A DNA stretch of 64,000 nucleotides from assembly GCF_001194135.2 (NCBI RefSeq), contig NC_068988.1:69780815-69844814 (forward strand), written 5' to 3'. The position numbers and the translations under genes were made by a program. The notes under the pieces are model-generated. The model was not told the origin of the DNA. It made no database searches and saw only the letters and a list, made by a program, of their open reading frames with translations. The DNA comes from Octopus bimaculoides. Taxonomy: Eukaryota. Below are positions 13,500 to 25,298 of this stretch, piece after piece (the stretch's first letter is position 1; every line of letters begins with the position of its first letter).

Positions 13500-13547
13500 A
13501 AGACAACGTTTCAGCTAATATATCCTCCAGTCTTCATCGGGTGTCTT
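13500..13547 (-). ncRNA. Degenerate minimal type I hammerhead-ribozyme-like motif
   Basis: AAGACAC-CCGATGA-AGACT-GGAGGATATATT-AGCT-GAAAC-GTT-GTCTT. Together with the copies at 60055-60103 and 59806-59835, it gives the consensus CTGATGA-A-GGCT..AGCC-GAAAC-GTT. Confidence 0.5.
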
Positions 13548-13607
13548 GGGGAAATTTCAAACATGGGTTCTCATTCCTAAGGTATTTTTCTATGTTATTC
13601 TTATTAA

Positions 13608-13680
13608 GGTCACTGCTTGGAATTGAACTCGGAATCTTGGGGTCAGTAACCTGCACTCTTAACCACTATGCCATATGCCC
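13608..13680 (-). promoter_or_regulatory. tRNA-like segment (Pol III A/B boxes) in the PLE 3' region
   Basis: GGGCATATGGCATAGTGGTTAAGAGTGCAGGTTACTGACCCCAAGATTCCGAGTTCAATTCCAAGCAGTGACC: A box TGGCATAGTGG, B box GAGTTCAATTCC. A homologous segment lies at 59882-59940. Confidence 0.65.
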
Positions 13681-13709
13681 ATAGGCAATTATGGAGTGAA
13701 TTTTAGAGC

Positions 13710-14460
13710 TTATAAATCTAATAGTTTCCTATCCTTCCTTAATAACGGTTCCCATATGCTACTCATATCTGCACTCGGTCTGATTAGAAGGTTGTTGTGT
13801 CCTAGCATATGTGCTGCTTCTTTTAGTTTTCATATTTTCCAGGGATGTTCTCTGTCTATTATTTTAACTTCATCCCACAAGGGGAAGTGGTCTCCATTTT
13901 TCCATACATGATCAGCTATCCCCGATTTATCAATATCTCCTTGTGTCACAGCTTTGCAATGTTCGTCTACCCTTATTTTAAGGGGCAGCATATTTCACCT
14001 TTGTATAACCTACCACAGCTGCATGGAATGGAGTACACACAGTCTTTAGTCATATTCTCTTCTATTGGTGGTTTTACTCGAAGGAGATATTTGCGAAGTG
14101 TTGTATTACTTTTGAATACTGTCCTGATGTCATATGGGCTGCATATCTTTTGTAACTTTTTGGAGAGGCCTTTCACATAGGGTAGACAGACTGTGGACAG
14201 TTTATTGGTTTCATCTTCTCTCTTCTTCATAATTGGAGTGGAGAGTATGCTTTTGGGGTAGTTGTTGTTTAATAGGTTGTTACTGAGCTTGATCATTTCT
14301 TCGTGGTAGGTATCACGATCGCTACTTATATTCATAGCTCGATGTTTTAGGCACTGAGTAATCCTTCTCTTTACACTCTATGGATGGTGGGAATTGAAGT
14401 TTAGGAATCGTCCAGTAAAAGTCGGCTTGCAATATACGGATGTCCTGAATCCATACTTGG
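13710..14460 (-). pseudogene. PLE reverse transcriptase C-terminus plus GIY-YIG endonuclease (disrupted)
   Basis: TSVYCKPTFTGRFLNFNSHHP; LPYVKGLSKKLQKICSPYDIRTVFK; CVYSIPCSCGRLYKGE; DEHCKAV...SGIADHVWKNGDHFPLWDEVKII...LKEAAH; one frameshift near 13973 plus in-frame stops. Confidence 0.88.
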
Positions 14461-14582
14461 TATATGTTATTAATAAACTGTCCACAGTGTGTCTACCCTA
14501 TGTGAAAGGCCTCTCCAAAAAGATACAAAAGATATGCAGCCCATATGACATCAGGGCAGTATTCAAAAGTAATACAAGAGCA

Positions 14583-15006
14583 GTGATCCTTATCAGGGTC
14601 TTTGAGAATGGTGGCAAGATGGGAGGGAGCTATCAATAGTCTAGAGACTTGGCCTGAATCCTTGCAACAAAAATGAGCATGGGTATGGCTGCTATGTCAT
14701 TTATGATGTTCACTTTGCAACCTAGTTTTAGGTTCAATCTCACTGAGCCACACCTTGAGTGAGTATGTTTTACCATAGCCACAGGTGAATCAAAGCTTTT
14801 TGAATGAAATATAGTTGATAGAAACTGCGAGGAAACTTGTCAGGGAGCTATTTCTGCTGTTGGGTGGTAGTTTAACATCACCACCTGGCACTAGGGCAGC
14901 CTTTAAACAGAGTCCACTCTGTTGCAAGTATCCAGGCCAGGTCTCTAGATTATTGTTAACTTCCACCCATATTATCACCACTCATGAAGACTCTGATAAG
15001 GATCAC
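14583..15006. repeat. 87-bp diverged inverted repeat pair (possible old MITE)
   Basis: 14583-14669 versus the reverse complement of 14920-15006: ungapped, 71/87 identical by manual count. Confidence 0.6.
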
Positions 15007-16212
15007 AGCTGTTACTTCTCCTCTTTTGACAAAGTCTTTAAAAGAAAAGTTAGTTCATGTTGGTTCTGTTTGCTTTATTTATTTAGAAGCTGAAAATATT
15101 TCTGTGACAAAATTTTAGATAATCCTGCATATACAATCAAAAATTTTCCATCAACAAAAATATACAACAGTCATTTGAGATAGGAATAACAGCAAGATAG
15201 GGTTAAAAAATTGTGCATATAAACAGTTAAATTGGATTTATATTTCCAAGTTATCAACTTGTAAAAAGCAACTAAAATATAGCAGTTGATGAAGACTTTG
15301 TGTCATCACAGTATTGCAGGATGTATAAAAGAGACATGTTAGCAGCCTCAAGAAGCACTTTAAATAGATTAACTGTAAAATTGGTCATACAGACCAAAGT
15401 ATTTATTGAGATAATTTGATGATATTTAAATTGATAAACACAGGAAAGTAAAGATTAGTAATAATTTCATTTCAACTGAATTGCTATGAGAATTGATTAC
15501 CCAAAGGAATAATTCTTTTCTCCTTTTTCTATACCTTTTCTTTATATTAAAGATTAATGATACACATTTCTTATTCATTGTTTTGTCTTCCATAAAACAA
15601 TTAGTAATTTTAGAGATTTTTGTTTTGTGTCTCTTCGGAAGGAAATGATTACCAAATCATTATGGAACTTTTTTTTCTTTTTTTGTCTTAAATAGGGAAG
15701 GGAAAACATTTCAACTGTAAATCAATTGTGGAACAGCAATTTGTATATACCAGTTTATTTCTAATGGAGAAAATGCACTTTTATCTAGTGCTGATTGGTT
15801 GAAAATAACATAGAAATAAAGGATTCTTTTAAAATATTGACATATATAATGATGGTTGCCAATTCTCTCCTTGTGTAGTGATTTATGGTTCGGACATTAT
15901 TGCAATTAATATTTTGAACTACAAATAGGAAATAACTTTAGTTGACTTGTTATTTATTTCTATATACATAAATATGGATTAGATTCGGTTTCGAGAAAAT
16001 ATAATTGTGAGGGCATAAAATGCCTTTGATGACTTGTGCTTAATTCAATATCACAACATGCAAACAATAGTTTCTATGACTCACTGCATATCTGATTATA
16101 ACACTGACATGAGGGAGTCTAACTCAAAACAAACGTCTTAGGAGACTTTTGTAAATTACTGACAATTTGGTTTTCTTACCAACGTTTATAACTCTTTGCA
16201 TATATATATATA

Positions 16213-16272
<60 letters not shown>

Positions 16273-16304
16273 NNNNNNNNNNATATATATATATATATAT
16301 ATAT

Positions 16305-16349
<45 letters not shown>

Positions 16350-16829
16350 AATATATATATATACACATAAATATATATATTTAGACTATACACATGCATG
16401 CACATACACACACACATATATATATGTATACTGCTTCATGTTGGACAAATGAGAAAGGTGTGCTCAATACCTGCTATAAAGGATATGTTAGCACTGGTGT
16501 GAAACTCAAGTTGTGAGCTGAGTTGCTGTAGAGAAAAAAATTCTCTCTTATGGCAAAATGTGCAAAAATACCATATCTGTCCAATGCTTCCTCTTATCGG
16601 ATTCCCAGATGTGGAATTTCTGGCTCTTTGGCCTCCCTCAATGGGAAACATCAAAGAGAGGTAACCCAAGACAGATTCAAAGCTGTAGTATTAACTACAA
16701 TACAGTCAACAATAGTGAGTGAGGATAAAAGCAGTAACATCTGCACCAAGACCAAACAGTGATTAGAAATATATGAAATTTAGGTTAGTTAAAAATATTT
16801 TAAGGACATTTCAACTTCTAAAAGCAAGT

Positions 16830-17400
16830 GCCCTGCAATTACCGTGAAGAAAATACTCTCTTTTATGCTAAAAGACATAAAAACAACATATTTGTCCAAT
16901 GCAACACCTTCCCGCCAATCTATAACTCTCAAAATCCTCTCATATCTGCTATCAATGCCCTTCTGCCACCTACTCATTACAGCCACTACTACATACCTCT
17001 GACATCCATCTCTGTCCCTGTATGTATCTCTCCCTCCCCTCACTCTCCTACATAATACATGATCTTATTTTCTGGTGCATCTATAGGTTTATTATACTGT
17101 TGTTCCCTGTTCTTCATGCATTGCCACAAGTCACTGTCTCCTTCCTGAGCTATTTCTTTTATCTTAATTGCAAACTGAAATTTACCCTCAGCTACCCCTC
17201 ACCTTTCTAAATCTTTCATTGCATTCTTCTCCTTCCCATCTTTAGCCATATGTCACTCTTCTCTCACACTTACAAGAACGTATTCACCCATCCTTCTCAA
17301 TCTTCAGTTTGAATTCTTTCCTACTTGCCCTTGTTGCACCTTGAGAGTACACTGGCACCTCATCACCAACATCATTAGATTCTTTTCATCTACTCCCCCT
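16830..17400 (-). mobile_element. Highly decayed RTE-like RT fragment
   Basis: Weak resemblance of ERILRVI..REGVALDK...FM...KESIFF to RTE RT motifs. Confidence 0.35.
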
Positions 17401-18124
17401 TACAGTTAGATAATGCAGGGGAGCTATGTATCTCTTCAGTGCCTGTCTTTCTATCATCCATTAGCTTTTTAACACCTGGCACAAAATCATCTCCTCTACT
17501 TCAACACCACTAAGTCAAGAAAGCTTCTTTTTCTAATTTTGCAAATTGCTAAACAACTTCACTAATGAGTACATTGTGTAAAGTGGTTGGCATTAAGAAG
17601 AACATCCAGCCATAGATGACAGAACTTGATGTAGTTCTTCAGCCAGTTGGATCCTGCATGGAAGACAGATATTTAAATATGTCACAAACATATTTTAGAA
17701 AACCTAAAGTTCAGAGTTATTTCTAATCAAACACATAGATATATAAGCCAATAATGGAGGCTTATATAGTTGTATATAGTTGTTTGACTTATTTATAAGA
17801 AAGAGCAGGAAGGGGGAAAGGGAGAAAGAGACAGGAGGAGGACTAGAGTAGAAAATATTACATTCCTTCACCCTTTGTAGCAAATCAACTTACAGAAATT
17901 TATGAAATCTCCAAGGGATTCAAATTTTCCTGATGCAGACAACCAAAAACACCAGCACTAGAGCTACCACAGTTGTCATCACCACCACCACCAAGAAGAA
18001 GAAGAAGAAGATGAAGAAAAAGAAGAAGAAGAAGAAGAACAACAACAGTTGTTTCCTACAATTTTGCATTTAAACATTTAATCAATTTAGTACTGAAGTG
18101 TTTCAACAATGCATTTTGTAGACA

Positions 18125-18490
18125 ACTAGTTCTTAGTCCATCCCGTGTCTGGTGGCGCATTGGCCAGACAACAACCTCCACTGATCTCTATTGGCAGCCT
18201 CTCTCTCAATGTTTTCCCATTTTCTGTTTATTACTGCTATGTCTGCTTTGAACGATCTGTGCCATGTTGGTTTTGGTCTTCCTCTCTTTCTCTTTCTGCC
18301 AGGTGGTCCCCATCTAAATGCTGTTTTGGCGTGCCATTGGTCTGGCATGCAGAAAATGTGCCCGGCTAGTCTCATTCTTCTCTCTGCCACGATGTCTTGC
18401 AACCTTCTTGACTGTGCTCGCTGGAGGACTGCAGCATTTGTGATGTGGTCGCGATAGGAGATCTTCAATATTTTCTGCAAGCACCTTGAT
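18125..18490 (-). mobile_element. 5'-truncated RTE-type LINE C-terminus (relatively intact)
   Basis: ORF 18133-18480: LQKILKISYRDHITNAAVL...RMRLAGHIFCMP...RKRGRPKPTWHR...AANRDQWR. Confidence 0.85.
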
Positions 18491-18599
18491 AGTCTTCTCT
18501 TTTACAGATCCCTGACAAAAAATAAAATCATACTTTCACATTGACTCTGAGCCCCAGAGACACCAACCCTGAAAGTGTTATTAGCTGATATCCTTTTAG

Positions 18600-19039
18600 T
18601 TTTTTATTCTTTTACATGTTTCAGTCATTTGACTGTGACCATGCTGGAGTACTGCCTTAACCCTTTAGTGTTCAGATTACTCTGTCAAATGTAATATTTT
18701 TTCACTCAAATTGTTTTGAATTAATCATGTATTATCTTATAGCTTTGAGGTTTCAATGATGTGATTGTTTATTTTTAGAATATCAATGTAGGTTAGGTGT
18801 GAGAGGCTAGATATCGCCAGTTTGAATATAAAACATGTAGAATATCAGGGCCAGATATGGCCGGTTTAAACACTAAAGGGTTAAAGGCTTTTTTTAGTCA
18901 AAGAAATCTACCCCAGGGCTTATTCTTTGTAAGCCTAGTACTTATTCTTTTGCTGAACCACTTGATTACAGTGACCTAAACATACCAACATCGGTTGTCA
19001 AGTGATGGTGGGGGAAAAAACACAGACCCAAAGACATAA

Positions 19040-19074
<35 letters not shown>

Positions 19075-19235
19075 AATATATATTTGACAGGCTTCTTTCA
19101 GTTTCCATCTAACAAATCCACTAACAAAGCTTGAACTATAGTAGAAGACACTTGCCCAAGGTGTCATGCAGTGGGACTGAACCTGGAACCATGTGGTTTG
19201 GAAGCAAGCTTTTTACCACACTGCCACGCCTGCAC
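18600..19235 (-). mobile_element. SINE family A interrupted by a MITE
   Basis: SINE tail at 18600-18656 and remainder at 18885-19235 are colinear with family A. Confidence 0.85.
18661..18880. mobile_element. piggyBac-like MITE, 220 bp
   Basis: TTAA at 18657-60 and 18881-84; 12-bp TIRs CCCTTTAGTGTT/AACACTAAAGGG. Confidence 0.85.
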
Positions 19236-20266
19236 ATAGATATCATCTCCAAATATTTTTAGATGGTGCAGGTCGTTATTGAGCAACCTAATATGACTCT
19301 CAGAAGGTTGTAATTTCGCTGGTAGTAAACCCGGACGGAAAACATATACGAGCAAGGTTGTAACTTAAGCACGTTTATTTGTGGCCACACATACATACAT
19401 ACACGATGGAATGACAAATGGAATGGTTAGTGTGCAAGGGCCATGGTCTTCTGTGCTATGCTTCTATCTGCTAGCTGGTCTGTGGCATAAGATAGAGCCA
19501 GTCAAGTTGCGTCCTCATAGCTTGCATATCCATACAGAAAACGAGTAAGAGATGAGGTCATGTGTCTGAACCTCAATGTCTTGTAGCGCCTTCTCTCTGT
19601 ATAGCCAGCTTGTTTACCTGCTGTGAAGTGGGGTAGTGCGCCTACATATTTTACAATCATTACTTCAAACCATGTATAGAATTAACAGTTATGTTATCAG
19701 CTTCAGGAAGTGTGCATTGGTTATAGAAGAGGGGTAACATTGTAAAAGTAAATCATTTTCTGTCAGAAATTGAATTGAAAGAAAAAGCAGAAAAACTAAA
19801 TACTTAAATATCTCAAGCTAAAAGCAATTCTATGACATGTCATTCTAATTTAACTCTCACAACCTTTCTGTCAATGTTACTACACAGAATATATTCAGAA
19901 CTTCTGATTGAAGATACTTTCTACTGGATCTTCACATTTCTGCAAGGAAATATAATTGAATGACCCCACTGACTTCACAGTGTGTGTGTGTTTACAAATG
20001 TATGTAGGCTTGTATGTGTTTATATTTTTTTTTGCATCACCAATACCTACACACACACACACACACATGCATACATACATATAAACACATTTATATATAT
20101 ACAAATTTATATACATACATACCCACAGATACATATATATGCATATATACATAACACATAAATACATAACTTACACACATATACGTACATATATACACAC
20201 ATTTATATATATACAAATTTATATACATGCATACATACCCACAGATACATACATATATATGCTTAT

Positions 20267-20311
<45 letters not shown>

Positions 20312-20396
20312 TTTATTCTTAAACAAGAATGTCAACAATGACTTTAATGTTTTAGCCACCTAAGTTATTGTTTGAATATCCAATGATGGCTTAGCT

Positions 20397-20496
20397 AATA
20401 CAGTTCTATATTTAAGAGATGAAGAATTCTGTACCTTATTTACATTATTTACATTTGATGGATATTTGTCCTCATCCGTGAAATGTAAATAATGTA
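20397..20496. mobile_element. 100-bp PLE-terminus micro-insertion with inverted end
   Basis: 12-bp direct repeat GATGGCTTAGCT at 20385-96 and 20497-508; internal 16-bp inverted repeat 20441-56/20481-96; homologous to 13419-13485 and 59721-59795. Confidence 0.75.
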
Positions 20497-20676
20497 GATG
20501 GCTTAGCTGTTTGAAACTTCGAAGTCACTCTCAACAACAGTCTTGTTTAAGAATATTAAATTTTTACTTTACAAAATTAAAGCATGGAGTAACCCATCAG
20601 ATTAATGTAAACTTTTTTTTTATTCTAACTGAACATAGAAACAAACATTAATATATATATATATACATATATACAT

Positions 20677-20722
<46 letters not shown>

Positions 20723-20727
20723 ATGTA

Positions 20728-20760
<33 letters not shown>

Positions 20761-21085
20761 NNNNNNNNNNNNNNNNNNNNNNNNNNNNNNNNNNNNNNNN
20801 NNNNNNNNNNNNNNNNNNNNNNNNNNNNNNNNNNNNNNNNNNNNNNNNNNNNNNNNNNNNNNNNNNNNNNNNNNNNNNNNNNNNNNNNNNNNNNNNNNNN
20901 NNNNNNNNNNNNNNNNNNNNNNNNNNNNNNNNNNNNNNNNNNNNNNNNNNNNNNNNNNNNNNNNNNNNNNNNNNNNNNNNNNNNNNNNNNNNNNNNNNNN
21001 NNNNNNNNNNNNNNNNNNNNNNNNNNNNNNNNNNNNNNNNNNNNNNNNNNNNNNNNNNNNNNNNNNNNNNNNNNNNNNNNNNNNN
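20761..21085. other. Assembly gap next to (TA)n; other gaps at 22550-22900, 24151-24502, 25299-26079 and 40307-40539, plus 10-N gaps
   Basis: Runs of N bordered by microsatellites. Confidence 0.99.
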
Positions 21086-21092
21086 AATTTAA

Positions 21093-21432
21093 GGAATGGA
21101 GAAAACGCATGTTATAATTGCATACTTTATTCCTACATATGTTTGAAAGGATTACAACTTATGTGATCCATAGGGATCTGTGATATTAAAATTGTAACCT
21201 TCTCATCAGGGAAAGCATGGGAATCATCTTAAACGTAAGACATTATGACCGATTATGAAGACAATAGATGGATAAGGTTATGACTTGATTCATTTGAAAA
21301 AAACCGTTAGAGAATTGGACGCTGCCGGATAGTGGGTTGGACAACACATACATATAAATGTGTGAGAACGTACATGCATACATAAATACATATACACAAG
21401 TATGCAATTATAGCATGCGTTTTCTCCATTCC
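21093..21432. mobile_element. 340-bp MITE with TTAA flanks and GG termini (Kolobok-like)
   Basis: 34-bp TIRs at 21093-21126 and 21399-21432 with 1 mismatch; TTAA at 21089-92 and 21433-36. Confidence 0.8.
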
Positions 21433-21474
21433 TTAATTTTTTTTTTTATATATATATATGTATGTATGTATGTA

Positions 21475-21530
<56 letters not shown>

Positions 21531-22490
21531 CACACATGTATATTCATACACACACATATTCACATTCATGCACACATGTATGCACATATACTTTTATGAA
21601 TGTACACACATATATAGGTACATGCGTATATATATTTGCTAGTGTGTGTGTGTATACATGCATACATACATACACACACACAGAATAGTTAATGATGATG
21701 CTACAATAATTATAGCAAAATAATTTTCAAGCTGTTTTTCGGGAATTATCAACGAAAGAGAAATATAGAGACATACATACAGTGAATGACTAACAGAGAA
21801 AAAAGTGAAAATGTAGAACAAAAGGAAAAGATGCAAAAAGAATGAAAGAACTAAATACAAGGGGGTAAAAAGGAAAAGGAAAAAAAGTGGTTGAGAGAGA
21901 GAGAGGGGGGGAAGAGAGAGTGTGAGAGAGAGTTGCTAGATATGTTGAATAGATAAATAGATAGACAATCACACTCATATAAGTGGACAGACAGAAAATG
22001 GACAGATGGACAGATTGTTAGAGAGACAGAGAAACTGAAAGATAAACAGATAGACAGACAATCAGATAGGTGGGCAAGTTCACTGGCAGACTGACAGGCA
22101 GGGAAACAGGCAGGTAGACAGACAGACAAACACACAAACAGATACACCAATAGACAGAGAGGCAGACAGATAACACAATAGACAAATAGACAAGCAGAGA
22201 AAGACAGATAAGCAGTGAAACCATAGTAGACCAGGGTGGTGGAAAAATAGGGAAAGAGAAGATAGAATAGGAAGCAGACATCCAAGTAAATCTTACATAT
22301 ACATATCTCCAATTGATACAGTTTGTAATAACCTGTGTGTCATGTATAAAGACTATAAACCAACGTGGACTTATATTATTTCATTATTGGTTCAGTATCA
22401 GATATTGGAAACTACAACTGGAAATGACAGTATAAAAACAAAATTACATGTTTTTATGTTTGCATGTGTGCTAAATGTAATTATTGCAAT

Positions 22491-22549
<59 letters not shown>

Positions 22550-24502
22550 NNNNNNNNNNNNNNNNNNNNNNNNNNNNNNNNNNNNNNNNNNNNNNNNNNN
22601 NNNNNNNNNNNNNNNNNNNNNNNNNNNNNNNNNNNNNNNNNNNNNNNNNNNNNNNNNNNNNNNNNNNNNNNNNNNNNNNNNNNNNNNNNNNNNNNNNNNN
22701 NNNNNNNNNNNNNNNNNNNNNNNNNNNNNNNNNNNNNNNNNNNNNNNNNNNNNNNNNNNNNNNNNNNNNNNNNNNNNNNNNNNNNNNNNNNNNNNNNNNN
22801 NNNNNNNNNNNNNNNNNNNNNNNNNNNNNNNNNNNNNNNNNNNNNNNNNNNNNNNNNNNNNNNNNNNNNNNNNNNNNNNNNNNNNNNNNNNNNNNNNNNN
22901 ATATATATATATATAACCACTTTCTACAATATGTTCCAGATTTTTCCATTCTGTTCTAGTTTATCCATATATACATATTGTCATAGTTCTAAGGATTTAA
23001 ATTAATTTTAAATTGCTTATTGTGTAATCTAGATCAGAAATACTTTGCCTTAGATTAGTTGTATAGCGTAATACATATGCTTATCTGTTTATTGTATAAA
23101 TAATAATAACGATGATTTCTTTTATATGCGACAGGGCATCTGATGAGGAGGACTACAAGGATATATTAAAAAATTATATATATATTATTAAAAAATAAAT
23201 GGGGAGAAATGAGATAAAACTACACACAATATGCAAAATATGTAAATGCAAACATGAAGCAATGTTTTCTAGGAGATCCCAAGCAACGGCACAGTTTCTG
23301 GATTACCCTGACCACTAACGACACAAGTTTTCACCCAACTGTTGTGCTCCAATCAATTGGTGCATGCTTAACGTTGTTCAATTCTCATATATATTATTTT
23401 CACCAGAGTCACCATCTTTTGACAATTCACTAGCAGAGAGTGTGTCTCTCTACCTTCATTTACCTTTCCAAAGAGAACCTGTAAATTGATGAATGTTTCA
23501 TTGAAGAGGAAGGTGTCTGCCTGCAGTCATTTCATTTCACCCACTGCAAGACCTCCTATGCCATAGCCACAAAACTGAGGAACACTGCTTGCTCAGCCTT
23601 GTTAATGAATGGTGGTGAGACAATCTTCACAATGTACTAAGCCAATAGGCAGTTCTACAGAGGTGGCTAAAATTTTAGAACATAGTCTGGAACTTAGAAT
23701 TTTATATCAAATACCCAAAGATATTTTAATCTGCAATACATTATTACTTGGCCAAAAGTTTGGAACATAGGTCTGAAAATGTTTTCTCCTAGATATTGAA
23801 CCATTGGATCAGTTATTAGGTAAGTATACCTCAACATTGTATATATTTGAATTGAATAGTACTTGGTCATAACAATTTTTACTTTTTAAAAAATGTTCCA
23901 AACTGCTGCTTATATGCCACAACAGCCAATCAACAATAGTCTACAAATCAGTAATGCTCAATACAACAGAAGTGCATACAGTGCAACTGAGTTGTTTTAT
24001 GATTATGGCTGTGTGGTAAGTAGCTTGCTTACCAACCACATGGTTCTGGGTTCAGTTCCACTGCATGGGACCTTGGGCAAGTGTCTTCTACTATAGCCTC
24101 AGGCTGACCAAAGCCTTGTGAGACAGAAACTGAAAGAAGCTTCTCATATANNNNNNNNNNNNNNNNNNNNNNNNNNNNNNNNNNNNNNNNNNNNNNNNNN
24201 NNNNNNNNNNNNNNNNNNNNNNNNNNNNNNNNNNNNNNNNNNNNNNNNNNNNNNNNNNNNNNNNNNNNNNNNNNNNNNNNNNNNNNNNNNNNNNNNNNNN
24301 NNNNNNNNNNNNNNNNNNNNNNNNNNNNNNNNNNNNNNNNNNNNNNNNNNNNNNNNNNNNNNNNNNNNNNNNNNNNNNNNNNNNNNNNNNNNNNNNNNNN
24401 NNNNNNNNNNNNNNNNNNNNNNNNNNNNNNNNNNNNNNNNNNNNNNNNNNNNNNNNNNNNNNNNNNNNNNNNNNNNNNNNNNNNNNNNNNNNNNNNNNNN
24501 NN

Positions 24503-25298
24503 GCACACACATACAGTTGCTCCCTCACACACACACGCACCACAAGGACAATTCAAACACAAACATACTTAGAGACACACACATAACACCCCCACCAACA
24601 CACAACACAAATAGACATACGCACACATACAGACATACACATACATATGAACCATCACACACACATACGGTTGCTTACACACACACACACACCACAAGGG
24701 TATTTAAAGAAACACACTCACTCAGACAGAGACACACACACAGGCTCACGTACACACACACTCCCACACTCCCACGCACACACACAGATGCACACATACA
24801 TACACACACAGACGCACACATATGTACACACCCTCACACATACATACGGTTNNNNNNNNNNACACACAGACGCACACATATGTACACACCCTCACACATA
24901 CATACGGTTGCTCTCTCTCACACACACACACCACAAGAACGATTAAAACAACACATACATACTTAGACCAAGAGATATACGCACACTCTCACGTACACAC
25001 GCCTAACATCGCCACCGACACAAAAAACACACAAACACACATATACACGCACTCACGAACGCACACACATGAACAAACACATACACACACATGCGCACAC
25101 ACAACACCCTAACAAATACCAATCACACACATACACACAGATGTGCACACATATACACACACCATCCTACCATAGATAAAACACACACATACTCATATAC
25201 ACATTCCACAATAAACTCTGGGACCAATAAAAATGGCACACACACACACACACACGGACACAAACACACATATATACACACATACATAGAGATGTGCA
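24503..25298. repeat. Degenerate (CA)-rich low-complexity tract
   Basis: Imperfect CA/CACAT repeats; the His-Thr ORFs are artefacts. Confidence 0.9.

Larger units (their letters stand above)
13419..14577 (-). mobile_element. 5'-truncated Penelope-like retroelement (PLE) with inverted 5' segment
   Basis: RT-thumb and GIY-YIG coding remnant 13710-14460; non-coding 3' region 13419-13709; 106-bp inverted copy of an internal segment at 14472-14577. Confidence 0.9.

Noticed and set aside
13608-13680. Possible genuine tRNA gene (also the SINE heads)
   Set aside because: Acceptor and anticodon stems do not pair properly and the segment is embedded in a repeated mobile module.
23135-23160. CTGATGAG hammerhead-like seed
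   Set aside because: No stem II or GAAA follows.
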